The notes under the pieces were generated by a model. The model did no database searches. It was not told the DNA's origin and saw only the letters and a program-made list of their open reading frames with translations. A program made the position numbers and the translations under genes. A stretch of DNA of 64,000 nucleotides, from assembly GCA_041737175.1 (NCBI GenBank), contig JBGSSF010000034.1, positions 143,606 through 207,605 of the forward strand, read 5' to 3'. The stretch's first letter is position 1; each line of letters begins with the position of its first letter. Origin of the DNA: Bacteroidales bacterium (lineage in GTDB: Bacteria > Bacteroidota > Bacteroidia > Bacteroidales > UBA10428). Positions 27,364 through 37,347 of the stretch are shown one piece after another.

Positions 27364-28725
27364 CTACTCGGAGTCTTCCTTTTCCCTGCGGGCCTCCAGT
27401 TCTGTTTTTATCAGATCGGTGGTTTTTGCATCAATATTGTAAAAATACATGAATATGGCACAGGACATGTACAGAACACCAGGAATAACTGAAACCAGCA
27501 ATTTGATACCGGTAATCGAGGTTTCTGTCTGCACGGCATTGGCCACATAATTGAACATTGAAAGTATTACACCGACCAATGCGGCCCCAATTCCCCATCC
27601 TGCTTTTTGAGCAAATACGGCTGCCGAGAAATACAGTCCAGTTGCCCTGCGCCCGGTTTTCCATTCACCGTAATCAGCTGAATCGGCTATCATTGTCCAT
27701 AATAACGGAACTGCCGGCGCATACGCCATTTTAGCCAAAATATTAAACACATATATTGTAACAATATTCTGTGCTGTAGGAATATAAATGGCTATAAAGA
27801 ATATTCCTGAAATAATTGAACTGGCTATAAAAACATTCCTGTTGCCGAATTTTTTGGCCAAAGGTTTTGAGAATGGCAGGGCAACAATCAAAGCCACTGT
27901 TCCGATTACATTAAATAACTGCACATTTTCTTCATTACCAATATAGTATTTAAAGTAATAAACCACAGCCGCATTTTGAATCGCAAACATTACAAAAGAT
28001 ACTATGCCGACAATGGCTAAAATAATCCAGGCCCTGTTGGTAAAGAGATTTTTTAAATCGGCACCAAGAGAATTAACCTGTGATTTCGGGGGATGCACTT
28101 TCTCCTTTGTGGCTTTGAAAGTTATAAAGAAGAATACCAGACTCAGGCCGGCAAATAATACCACCGTATATTGGAAACCCTGAGCTTTGTCGCCACCTCC
28201 AAAGAATTTTGCCAAAGTAAGAGCGAGCCCGGTAACAATAAATTGTCCGGCAAAACCAGCAATAAACCTATATGTGTTTAACCCGGCCCGTTCGTATGAG
28301 TCGTTGGTCATTACTGCGCCTAATGCGGAATAGGGCAAGTTTACCGAGGCATATGCGGTCATTAACAAAATATAGGTTGCTGCGGCATATATGATCTTTC
28401 CTGCTTCACCAAAATTTGGTGTTGTGAAAGTCAAAATAGCCAAAACTGCATAGGGTACTGCTCCAAATAAGATATATGGCCTGAATTTCCCCCACTTTGT
28501 ATTGGTACGGTCGGATACGATACCAATAACAGGATCGATAGCCATATCCCAGAACCGGGCTATGAGCATAATTGTCCCGGCTGCAATTGCTGAAATTCCA
28601 TAAACATCGGTATAAAAAAACATGAGCCAGAAACCCACCATATCCCAAACAAAATGAGATGCGGTGTCTCCCAAACCATATCCTAATTTTTCTTTGAATG
28701 TCAATGACGAATTAATACTGTTCAT
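27364..28725 (-). CDS. GPH-family glycoside/pentoside/hexuronide:cation symporter (MFS)
   Basis: 453 aa and polytopic. The N-terminal LGYGLGDTASHFVWD and DPVIGIVSDRTNTKWGKFRPY are MelB/XynP-type signatures. Confidence 0.85.
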   Translation of the reverse strand: MNSINSSLTFKEKLGYGLGDTASHFVWDMVGFWLMFFYTDVYGISAIAAGTIMLIARFWDMAIDPVIGIVSDRTNTKWGKFRPYILFGAVPYAVLAILTFTTPNFGEAGKIIYAAATYILLMTAYASVNLPYSALGAVMTNDSYERAGLNTYRFIAGFAGQFIVTGLALTLAKFFGGGDKAQGFQYTVVLFAGLSLVFFFITFKATKEKVHPPKSQVNSLGADLKNLFTNRAWIILAIVGIVSFVMFAIQNAAVVYYFKYYIGNEENVQLFNVIGTVALIVALPFSKPLAKKFGNRNVFIASSIISGIFFIAIYIPTAQNIVTIYVFNILAKMAYAPAVPLLWTMIADSADYGEWKTGRRATGLYFSAAVFAQKAGWGIGAALVGVILSMFNYVANAVQTETSITGIKLLVSVIPGVLYMSCAIFMYFYNIDAKTTDLIKTELEARREKEDSE

Positions 28726-28936
28726 AACATCGGGGGGTGTTAAAATGGTTTATGAATATTGACAATTACAATTTTTTTTTGCATTAATAGGGCTAATTGC
28801 ACAGCAATATACATAAATATCCCGAAAAGAAAATGCTCCTTACTATAAATTCTATAATTGAGAATAAACGAATGATACGGATTTTTTAATAAATTGCTAT
28901 CCATAATTAATTTTTTACACCTAAAATTAATGTAAA

Positions 28937-30514
28937 ATGAAGAAGCAAAATGTTTTTATAATTCTGATTTCATTAATCGTAGCTCTCGGAGGATTTCTCC
29001 TGGGTTTTGACAGTGCAGTTATTTCCGGGGCGGTCCCTTTTTACAGGAATGTGTTTGGATTAGAAAGTGGTTCTTTATTGCTGGGTCTCTCAGTTTCTGC
29101 CATCATCTTTGGCGCTATGGGCGGAAATTTTATCGGGGGAATTCTGGCTGATATTTATGGCCGAAAGTTGGTGCTTATTATGACTGCCGCTCTCTTTACA
29201 TTTTGTGCCCTGGCTACTTCTTTAACCAGTAATCTTGCTTTTTTTATCATTGCCAGAATAATAGGAGGCTTGGGGGTTGGCATGTCAATCCTGGTCGCCC
29301 CGATGTACATTGCTGAAATTGCACCACGCGAAAAAAGGGGAACTTTGGTATCAATAAATCAGTTAAATATTGTATTGGGTATTTCGGTTGCCTATTTCTC
29401 CAATTATTTTATTTTACAGAAAGTTACCGATCCAAATCTGAACTGGAGATGGATGTTGGGAATCGGTGCTATACCTGCAGTACTCTATTTCCTGTTGTTG
29501 TATTTTATTCCACAGAGTCCCCGCTGGCTGGCATTGAAAAACAGGGATGAAGAGGCAAAGAGGACTTTGGTCAGTATTGGAGGTGAGGAATATGCAACAC
29601 AGGTATTCAAAGAAATAAAAGAAAATATCGGGAAATCTGAAAAACATTCCGGCATCAGCTTTCGCGAAGTGTTTACGAAGAAAATGACCCTAATATTGAT
29701 TATTGGGCTTGGTATTGCATTCTTTCAACAAATTACAGGGATAAATGCTATTTTTTATTACGCACCTATGATCTTCGGGATGGCTGGTGGTGGTCAGGAT
29801 GCGGCATTTGCCCAGGCCATAATATTAGGATTGACAAATGTAGTATTCACGGTTGTTGCCATGTTTCTGATTGACAGGTTGGGCAGAAAGCCCCTTTTGA
29901 TTATTGGGTCAATCGGGATTATGATATCCCTTTCGATCGCTGGATTTGCATTTAAATCAGCTAAGTATAGCATTTCAGATCAAGGACTTGTGAAGATTAT
30001 GCAGGAAGCTGCTAAAAACAAGGAAAGTGAACCGGCAGATCTTACAGTTTTGGAAAGTGGATTGAGAAATCTTACAAACACATCTTTCGATAAAGAATTG
30101 ACTTTTTTTCAAGATGTCAAAAAAGAAATTGGCGCCAAGAATTATAACAATTTTAAATCGGTTATCCTGGAAAACTCTATATCAATGAATGCTATTCTTG
30201 TATTAATTGGATTGATTTTATATGTTGCCTCATTTGCTATTTCTCTTGGACCAGTGATGTGGACTTTGCTTTCGGAGATATTTCCCAACAAGATGAGGGG
30301 AGTTATGATCTCAATAGTCGGTACATGGAACTCTGTAGTTAGTTTCTCCGTTGCTACGGTTTTTCCTAAAGAACTTGAGGTTATCGGTTCAGGTTATACT
30401 TTTCTGATTTATGCTTTTTTAGGATTTCTAACCCTGTTATTTGTTTTGAAATTTGTGCCTGAAACAAAGGGTAAATCATTGGAAGAACTCGAGACCATTT
30501 TGGTGAGACAATAG
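28937..30514 (+). CDS. Sugar-porter-family MFS transporter (XylE/GLUT type) with an inserted hydrophilic loop
   Basis: 525 aa. Motifs are GFDSAVISGA, GRK, PQSPRWL and PETKGKSLEELE. About 75 extra hydrophilic residues lie between predicted TM9 and TM10. Confidence 0.85.
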   Translation: MKKQNVFIILISLIVALGGFLLGFDSAVISGAVPFYRNVFGLESGSLLLGLSVSAIIFGAMGGNFIGGILADIYGRKLVLIMTAALFTFCALATSLTSNLAFFIIARIIGGLGVGMSILVAPMYIAEIAPREKRGTLVSINQLNIVLGISVAYFSNYFILQKVTDPNLNWRWMLGIGAIPAVLYFLLLYFIPQSPRWLALKNRDEEAKRTLVSIGGEEYATQVFKEIKENIGKSEKHSGISFREVFTKKMTLILIIGLGIAFFQQITGINAIFYYAPMIFGMAGGGQDAAFAQAIILGLTNVVFTVVAMFLIDRLGRKPLLIIGSIGIMISLSIAGFAFKSAKYSISDQGLVKIMQEAAKNKESEPADLTVLESGLRNLTNTSFDKELTFFQDVKKEIGAKNYNNFKSVILENSISMNAILVLIGLILYVASFAISLGPVMWTLLSEIFPNKMRGVMISIVGTWNSVVSFSVATVFPKELEVIGSGYTFLIYAFLGFLTLLFVLKFVPETKGKSLEELETILVRQ

Positions 30515-30532
30515 CGAATTCTAAAGAACACT

Positions 30533-31441
30533 ATGGCAATAGTTTTAAAGAACAGTATTCTTTGCCTGACTATTGAAGAACCAGGTCAGGTTTATAGTAA
30601 TTCACGGTTCGATTGGACTGGAAATATTTCTCAGGTTTTATTTGAGAACAAATTTATTTTCTGTTCGGTAGAGACAGCCAAAGGATTTGATCTTAAACGG
30701 CATGGTCAGGGTTTGTATAACGAATTTGGAATAACCAAACCGATAGGATACGAAGATTGTTTCGTGGGTGAGAAATTCCCTAAAATAGGCGTTGGACTGC
30801 TAACCAGAAAAAGTAACGATGCCTATCATTTTCTTGAAGCATACGAGATAGATCCTTTTGAAATTCAAATAGAAAAGGGAGAGGAATGGATAAAGTATAC
30901 GGTTTTTCCAAAAGATTGCAGAGGGTACAGTACAAAACTAATCAAGAAGATCAAACTCTCCGGTAATTCATTTACCCTTGATTATGAGTTGGAAAATACA
31001 GGAACAAGGAAAATACAAACGAATGAATACTGTCATAATTTTATGGCCGTTAACAGGTCGGATATTAATGAACACTATACGCTTAGGGTGCCATGCAAAA
31101 TAATTAAACCGTCATTTATGTTCGAAGCATTAAACCCTGAGAATGCCGTTGTGCTGAATGCAAACTCTGTAAATTTTAAATTCTCACCTGAAAAAGATTT
31201 TTTCTTTAGCCCTTTGACTGAATTTCAATCGGAAAATGGGGAATGGGAAATTACCCATGACGGCATGGGTATCGGAATGAAAGAAAGTACCGATTTCGTG
31301 CCTGAAATGATGAATGTATGGGGATGCAAACATGTACTCAGTCCGGAATTGTTCATTGGCATCGATCTGGATCCCGGACATAAACTAAAATGGCGGAGAA
31401 CCTACAAGTTCTATTATCTATTGCCGGATAGGCAACTGTGA
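30533..31441 (+). CDS. Hypothetical cytoplasmic protein (possibly mutarotase-like beta-sandwich)
   Basis: 302 aa with no signal peptide. It is tightly linked to the flanking genes (18-nt and 27-nt gaps). I recognise no diagnostic motif with confidence. Confidence 0.4.
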   Translation: MAIVLKNSILCLTIEEPGQVYSNSRFDWTGNISQVLFENKFIFCSVETAKGFDLKRHGQGLYNEFGITKPIGYEDCFVGEKFPKIGVGLLTRKSNDAYHFLEAYEIDPFEIQIEKGEEWIKYTVFPKDCRGYSTKLIKKIKLSGNSFTLDYELENTGTRKIQTNEYCHNFMAVNRSDINEHYTLRVPCKIIKPSFMFEALNPENAVVLNANSVNFKFSPEKDFFFSPLTEFQSENGEWEITHDGMGIGMKESTDFVPEMMNVWGCKHVLSPELFIGIDLDPGHKLKWRRTYKFYYLLPDRQL

Positions 31442-31468
31442 AATAATTAACCAATAATACGGAACCTG

Positions 31469-34400
31469 ATGGCTGAAAATAAATTATTGATCGGTAAGAA
31501 TGTATTCCAAACATGGGACAAAGAAGTCAAAGGTAAATTTGTGACAATTGATGGGGAAGATTTCTATGAAATCAGGAATTTTGACTCGATGTTGCCTTTT
31601 TTTATGAGTCTTGCAAGCGATTCTGACCACTGGATGTTTATTTCCAGCACCGGTGGTTTGTCAGCAGGAAGGATCAACCCCGAAAGCGCACTTTTCCCGT
31701 ATTATACAGATGATAAACTTCAGGAATCAGCAGAGACAACCGGGAGCAAATCAATTTTCAGGGTATTGTCAGAAGATAAAGAATATTTATGGGAGCCTTT
31801 TTCTGAGAGGTATGACGGTGTGTACAAAACCGAAAGGAACCTGTATAAAAATACTTGCGGCAATAAGCTCATTTTCGAAGAAAACAACCTCGATTTGGGA
31901 TTGTCCTTTCGGTATGGCTGGATGAACTCTGATCATTTCGGTTGGATCAGGAAAAGTATCCTGGTGAACAAATCGGTGACATCAGTCAGGGTGGAACTAA
32001 TGGATGGCCTGCAAAACCTGTTGCCATATGGAGTTGAGAGGTTTATGCAAAATCAGTTTTCCACCTTGCTCGACGGTTATAAAAAATCCGAGCTTGTGAA
32101 GGAATATTCGCTCGGATTGTTCCGGCTCGAATCTATTCCTGTTGATAAAGCCGAACCAAGCGAAGCACTAAAGGTTACAACTGTTTGGACTTGCGGCCTC
32201 GAAAAAAATATTTTTCTGTTAAGTTCAAGACAACTGGGACAGTTCAGAAAGGGAAAAAAAGTTGTTGAAGAGCAGGAATCAAAAGGAGTGAAAGGGGCAT
32301 TCTTTGCAAACGCCAAAATTAAACTTAATGCCGGCGAAAGCAAGGTATGGTATTTTGCTGCCGAGGTCAACCAGGATTCGGTGAAAGTGAATAACCTGAT
32401 TGATTTTTTGTCCAGGACCAAGGATAAAATGGATGCGTTAGAAAAGAATATTCAGGAAGGCACCCTTAACCTGAAAGTTATTGTTGCCGATGCAGATGGT
32501 ATTCAGAATTCATCCGACAAACTTGTGGTTTCAAGACACTTTTCGAATGTTTTGTTCAATGTCATGCGGGGGGGCATATTCAGCGAGGGTTATTCAATTG
32601 ATAAAAGTGATTTCCTCAAGCATGTCAAACACTTTAATAAACAAGTGCTGGAAGGGCACCGAAAACTCTTCGATCAGTTACCTGACACCCTCAAATATGA
32701 AGAGCTCGATAAAATAATAACCAAAGAGGGTGATGAAGATCTTCATCGTCTGTTTCTTGAATATCTGCCGCTTACCTTCAGCCGAAGGCATGGCGATCCA
32801 AGCCGCCCGTGGAACCTTTTTTCAATAAACATTAAAGATGTAAGCGGCAATAAGCTGCTATATTACCAGGGTAATTGGCGCGATATTTTCCAGAATTGGG
32901 AGGCATTGGCATTGTCTTATCCCGGTTATATAAGCGGTATGATCGCCAAGTTCGTGAATGCTTCATCGGCCGATGGATACAATCCGTATCGTGTAACCCG
33001 CGATGGAATAGACTGGGAAGTGCCTGAACCAGGTAATCCGTTCTCAAATATCGGCTATTGGGGCGATCATCAGATAATTTATCTGCTAAAATTGCTGGAG
33101 GTATCGGAGAAATATTTTCCGGGACATCTTAATTCATGGCTGGTCAAGGATATGTTTGCATATGCCAATATTCCTTACCGGATTAAATCCTATCAGGAGA
33201 TTGTTGATAACCCGCATGATTCTATTGACTTTGATTTTGATGCACATCATAAAATAGATGAAGATGTGGCCCGGATAGGAGCCGATGGCAAATTACTTCT
33301 TGATAAATCGGGTTTGGTATTTAAGGTTAATCTTACCGAAAAAATTCTGGCCCCGCTGTTATCCAAGCTTAGCAATTTTATTCCCGAGGCGGGCATTTGG
33401 ATGAATACCTTGCGTCCCGAATGGAACGATGCCAACAATGCACTGGTCGGGTATGGAGTATCCATGGTTACACTCTATTATATGAGGCGGTTCATTCATT
33501 TTATTGCCGGGTTGTTGTCGGCATTTTCTCATACAAGCCTTGAGATTACAGAGGAAATGGCAGACTTTCTTTCGGCAATTGATGATGCCCTGAAAGACCA
33601 TGAATCATTGCTCAACGAGGGATTCAATGACACGCAGCGTAAGCTGTTGGCAGATCGACTTGGCAATGCAGGAAGTGAATTCAGAGCTAAAGCATACAAG
33701 GGATTCTCCGGTAAAAAGGCATCTGTAAAGAAGCAGTACCTCATTAAATTTCTCAAAACAGCACAAGCTTTTATAGATCAGAGTATTGCTGCAAATAAAA
33801 GAACCGATAAACTCTACAATGCTTATAATCTATTGACTATCGGCGACAACGGCTTTTCAATCAGGCATTTGTATGAGATGCTTGAAGGACAGGTTTCAGT
33901 GCTGAGTTCCGGCAAACTTTCACCCGAAGAGTCGCTGGAAGTGCTCGATACCTTGAGAAATAGCAAGTTGTACCGTGCGGATCAGGAAAGCTATATTCTG
34001 TATCCGGACAAGAGATTGCCATGGTTTCTTGAAAAGAATATAGTACCCCCTGAAGATGTTAAGAGAATTCCACTGTTGTCGAAATTGATTGAAATGGGCG
34101 ATACAAGTATAATTGCCAGGGATACCAGGGGCCAGTACCATTTTAATGGTACATTCAATAATGCAGGTTTTCTGAAAAAAGCCTTGCAGAAGCTGACTGA
34201 TAGTGCAGTTGTAAAAGTTATGCCGGCGGAGATGAAACAGGTAATGGCGGTATATGAGAAAATATTTGATCATCAATCTTTTACTGGTAGGTCAGGTACT
34301 TTCTACAAGTATGAAGGGCTTGGTTCGATATACTGGCATATGGTTTCAAAGCTATTGCTCGCGGTTGGTGAAAACATTGAACTAGCCAGAAAAGGGGGTG

Positions 34401-34894
34401 CCACCGAAGATATCCTGCGTAAGCTGGCGGATCATTATGCAGAGATTAAAGAAGGCATTGGAGTTCATAAAACGCCTGATAAATATGGGGCATTCCCGAT
34501 TGATCCATACTCCCATACCCCCCGGATGGCAGGGGTGCAGCAGCCGGGTATGACCGGTCAGGTGAAAGAAGATGTTATCAGCCGGTTCTTTGAGCTTGGC
34601 CTGGTTGTAAATAACGGACAAATATCATTTAATCCCGTCGTTCTGAAAAAGAATGAATATATTCTCCCGGGAACAAAAGATTCCCATGGCCATTCTGTGC
34701 CGCACCTTTATTTTACTTACTGCAAAGTTCAGGTAATTTACCTGCTTGACGGTAAAGATGGAATAGACCTGGTTTTTAACAATGGGAATTCTTTAAATAT
34801 CCAGGGATCTGCTATTGACAAAGTAAACAGCCATTCTATTTTTAATCGGGAAGGAAAAATAAGTAAAATACATGTTCATCTGACCCTTGAATAA
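31469..34894 (+). CDS. Large uncharacterised protein, putative GH94-superfamily-like glycan phosphorylase/hydrolase
   Basis: 1141 aa, cytoplasmic, with no signal peptide. WRDIFQNW (32876-32899) and RPEWNDANNAL (EWND at 33419-33430) resemble my recollection of the RDxxQD and DWND motifs of GH94-type (alpha/alpha)6 phosphorylases. The size is similar to GH149/GH161 beta-1,3-glucan phosphorylases. The family assignment is unverified. Confidence 0.35.
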   Translation: MAENKLLIGKNVFQTWDKEVKGKFVTIDGEDFYEIRNFDSMLPFFMSLASDSDHWMFISSTGGLSAGRINPESALFPYYTDDKLQESAETTGSKSIFRVLSEDKEYLWEPFSERYDGVYKTERNLYKNTCGNKLIFEENNLDLGLSFRYGWMNSDHFGWIRKSILVNKSVTSVRVELMDGLQNLLPYGVERFMQNQFSTLLDGYKKSELVKEYSLGLFRLESIPVDKAEPSEALKVTTVWTCGLEKNIFLLSSRQLGQFRKGKKVVEEQESKGVKGAFFANAKIKLNAGESKVWYFAAEVNQDSVKVNNLIDFLSRTKDKMDALEKNIQEGTLNLKVIVADADGIQNSSDKLVVSRHFSNVLFNVMRGGIFSEGYSIDKSDFLKHVKHFNKQVLEGHRKLFDQLPDTLKYEELDKIITKEGDEDLHRLFLEYLPLTFSRRHGDPSRPWNLFSINIKDVSGNKLLYYQGNWRDIFQNWEALALSYPGYISGMIAKFVNASSADGYNPYRVTRDGIDWEVPEPGNPFSNIGYWGDHQIIYLLKLLEVSEKYFPGHLNSWLVKDMFAYANIPYRIKSYQEIVDNPHDSIDFDFDAHHKIDEDVARIGADGKLLLDKSGLVFKVNLTEKILAPLLSKLSNFIPEAGIWMNTLRPEWNDANNALVGYGVSMVTLYYMRRFIHFIAGLLSAFSHTSLEITEEMADFLSAIDDALKDHESLLNEGFNDTQRKLLADRLGNAGSEFRAKAYKGFSGKKASVKKQYLIKFLKTAQAFIDQSIAANKRTDKLYNAYNLLTIGDNGFSIRHLYEMLEGQVSVLSSGKLSPEESLEVLDTLRNSKLYRADQESYILYPDKRLPWFLEKNIVPPEDVKRIPLLSKLIEMGDTSIIARDTRGQYHFNGTFNNAGFLKKALQKLTDSAVVKVMPAEMKQVMAVYEKIFDHQSFTGRSGTFYKYEGLGSIYWHMVSKLLLAVGENIELARKGGATEDILRKLADHYAEIKEGIGVHKTPDKYGAFPIDPYSHTPRMAGVQQPGMTGQVKEDVISRFFELGLVVNNGQISFNPVVLKKNEYILPGTKDSHGHSVPHLYFTYCKVQVIYLLDGKDGIDLVFNNGNSLNIQGSAIDKVNSHSIFNREGKISKIHVHLTLE

Positions 34895-34901
34895 TAAGTT
34901 A

Positions 34902-35255
34902 ATGATGGATACCAGGGATATAACATATATCGTCAGGGGACGGATCTGGATAGAGGTTCACCGTAAAACCCTGTTGGGTGAGGGCAAGGTCCATTTGCTG
35001 AGGAAAACAGCTGAACACGGCTCCCTGCGAAAAGCAGCAAAAGAAATGAATCTTTCTTACAGAAAAGCCTGGTACAGCCTGTACCAGATGAATAATGCCG
35101 CCGGCATGCCGCTGATAGTTCTTAAACGGGGAGGCAGACAAGGCGGTATTGCCCAGATTACCCCTTATGGGAAAGAAATTCTTGGAAAATTTGAAAAAGC
35201 GGAAGAGGAATTCATTGCTTTTTTGGATGCGCAGACCAGGCGTCTGAATGTATAA
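34902..35255 (+). CDS. ModE-N-terminal-like winged-helix regulator (no Mop/TOBE domains)
   Basis: The track start is TTG 34887, so ATG 34902 is preferred. GSLRKAAKEMNLSYRKAWYSLYQMN ... GGRQGGIAQITPYGKEIL parallels E. coli ModE GSISQGAKDAGISYKSAWDAINEMN ... GGKGGGGAVLTRYGQRL. Confidence 0.7.
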   Translation: MMDTRDITYIVRGRIWIEVHRKTLLGEGKVHLLRKTAEHGSLRKAAKEMNLSYRKAWYSLYQMNNAAGMPLIVLKRGGRQGGIAQITPYGKEILGKFEKAEEEFIAFLDAQTRRLNV

Positions 35256-35367
35256 CTCTTCTGATGTAAACAAAGATTTTGTCGTCTTAGGCGGAATTTA
35301 TATCTTCACAAACGTTATTCCTTAATCGAATAACGAAGTATCCTTTACTACCATTTTGAAAATCAGA

Positions 35368-37347
35368 ATGAAAAGAGTTCCATTACTACTCCTATTTTTT
35401 ACCCTGTCTTTTAACTGCCTCGCACAGCAGGAAACAGATACGGCAGCATATCCGGTGAAATCGTTCCAGCTTGGAGAAGTCATCATAACCGGGACCATTG
35501 ACAGGGAAATGATAGGGACGAATGAGCTGCACAGATATAATGCCCACGATGTAAGTTCTTCACTTGGCATACTGCCTTCCATTACCCTAAGCAACCTGGG
35601 TCCTCGCAACGAAAGTGCCGTTTACCTGAGAGGTTTCGACATTCGCAGTATACCTGTGTTTGTTGATGGCATTCCTGTGTATGTGCCTTATGATGGTTAT
35701 ATGGATCTGGCCCGTTTTACCACCTACGACGTATCCAAAATAGATGTTTCCAAAGGATTTTCTTCCATGATGTACGGTGCCAATACCCTCGGAGGGGCCA
35801 TCAACCTGGTCGGCATGAAACCATCCTATCCATTGGAAATCAGCGCCAAAGCCGGTATCATGAGCGGCAATGGTTATGATGCCCGGCTCAACCTGGGCAG
35901 CAAAATGGGGAAGGCCTATATTCAATCGGGTTTCTCCATAATGAACAGGGAGTTTGTTCCCTTATCGGCGGATTTTGACACTTCGGCGCTTGAAAATAAC
36001 CGCAGTCGCGACAATTCTTACCGTAAAGACATTAAAGGAAGCCTAAAAATTGGTTATGCACCCAATCCTACTGATGAATACAGCATTAACTATATTATTT
36101 CCCACGGGAGCAAAGGAAACCCGGTTTATCTCGGGGATGACAACACGATCAGGGTCCGCTATTGGGATTGGCCTTACTGGGATAAACAAAGCGTTTATTT
36201 GATTTCTAAAACAGCCATCGGACAGAAATCCTATCTGAAAGCACGTTTGTTTTTCGACGAATTCAAGAATAAGCTCAGGAGTTATGATGATAATAGCTAC
36301 ACCACACAGCTAAAAGGATATTCCTTTAACAGCTACTTCAAGGATTATACACTGGGTGGCAATCTTGAATTCTCAAGAGATGCGGGCAAAAATAACACCC
36401 TCAGATTCTCGGCACACCTGAAAAACGACAACCACAGCGAGCACAATGAAGGTGAACCTGCCATACACATTGCCGACAATACTGTTTCAATCAGCTTTGA
36501 AAGTGTTTACAAACCGGTCAGTAGACTTACCTTAATACCTGGTGTGGGTTACAATGTCAGGTACAGCTTAAAAGCAGAGAATTATAATTCCGCTGATCAG
36601 ACCATAACTGAATTGCCCGGTAATTCAAATGATGCATTCAATGCGCAACTGGCTGCCTATTATCAGTTATCGAATGCTTTTTCAGCAAATTTCAATGTCG
36701 CCTATAAAAACCGTTTTGCTACCATGAAAGATCGGTATTCATACCGTCTTGGCGTAGCCATTCCGAATCCCGATCTAACATCAGAATCAGCACTTAACCT
36801 TGAACTGGCGGCCAACCTGATTGTGGCTGAAAAACTTAAACTGCGGCCTGAATTATTTTACAGCCGCCTCTACAACACCATTCAGCCGGTGGACAATGTG
36901 CAGGATGACCTGTCACAGATGCAGAATACCGGTTCATCGCGATTTGTTGGTGCTGATCTCAGTCTGATTTACCAGCCGTATAAGAGTTTCAGGCTCTATG
37001 CGGTTTATTCTTATATTCAACGTGATAACCTGAGCAATCCGGAACTTTTATTCACTGATGTTCCGGAAAACAAAGTATTTGTTTCTGCAGAATTCAGTTT
37101 TGCCGAAAAACTTTCCGTCCAATTATCTGGTGAATATAATTCCGAACGCATCAATGCCAGTGATGGTTCAAGAATATCACCTGCCTTTGCCATTGCCAAT
37201 GCGGAAATTTCGTACCGCTTTGCCGGATTTATGGATGCAGAATTCGGTGTAAACAATCTACTCGATAATAACTATACCCTGGATGAAGGATACCCCGAAA
37301 TGGGCCGGAATCTTTATGCTTCATTGCATTTCAATTTCCATAAATGA
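35368..37347 (+). CDS. TonB-dependent outer-membrane receptor (small, BtuB/siderophore-receptor size)
   Basis: ATG 35368 gives MKRVPLLLLFFTLSFNCLAQQ. Plug motifs are VIITG, SVYLRGF, PVFVDGIPV and KGFSSMMYGANTLGGAINLV. The C-terminus is a beta-barrel ending in an aromatic-rich terminal strand (SLHFNFHK). Confidence 0.9.
   Translation: MKRVPLLLLFFTLSFNCLAQQETDTAAYPVKSFQLGEVIITGTIDREMIGTNELHRYNAHDVSSSLGILPSITLSNLGPRNESAVYLRGFDIRSIPVFVDGIPVYVPYDGYMDLARFTTYDVSKIDVSKGFSSMMYGANTLGGAINLVGMKPSYPLEISAKAGIMSGNGYDARLNLGSKMGKAYIQSGFSIMNREFVPLSADFDTSALENNRSRDNSYRKDIKGSLKIGYAPNPTDEYSINYIISHGSKGNPVYLGDDNTIRVRYWDWPYWDKQSVYLISKTAIGQKSYLKARLFFDEFKNKLRSYDDNSYTTQLKGYSFNSYFKDYTLGGNLEFSRDAGKNNTLRFSAHLKNDNHSEHNEGEPAIHIADNTVSISFESVYKPVSRLTLIPGVGYNVRYSLKAENYNSADQTITELPGNSNDAFNAQLAAYYQLSNAFSANFNVAYKNRFATMKDRYSYRLGVAIPNPDLTSESALNLELAANLIVAEKLKLRPELFYSRLYNTIQPVDNVQDDLSQMQNTGSSRFVGADLSLIYQPYKSFRLYAVYSYIQRDNLSNPELLFTDVPENKVFVSAEFSFAEKLSVQLSGEYNSERINASDGSRISPAFAIANAEISYRFAGFMDAEFGVNNLLDNNYTLDEGYPEMGRNLYASLHFNFHK

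Noticed and set aside
35256-35367. The spacer upstream of the TonB-dependent receptor might hold a riboswitch (cobalamin or Moco).
   Set aside because: About 110 nt is too short for a cobalamin element. I could not find the conserved B12-box or a Moco-type multi-stem arrangement by eye. An operator for the ModE-like protein is more likely, but I could not identify a convincing palindrome.
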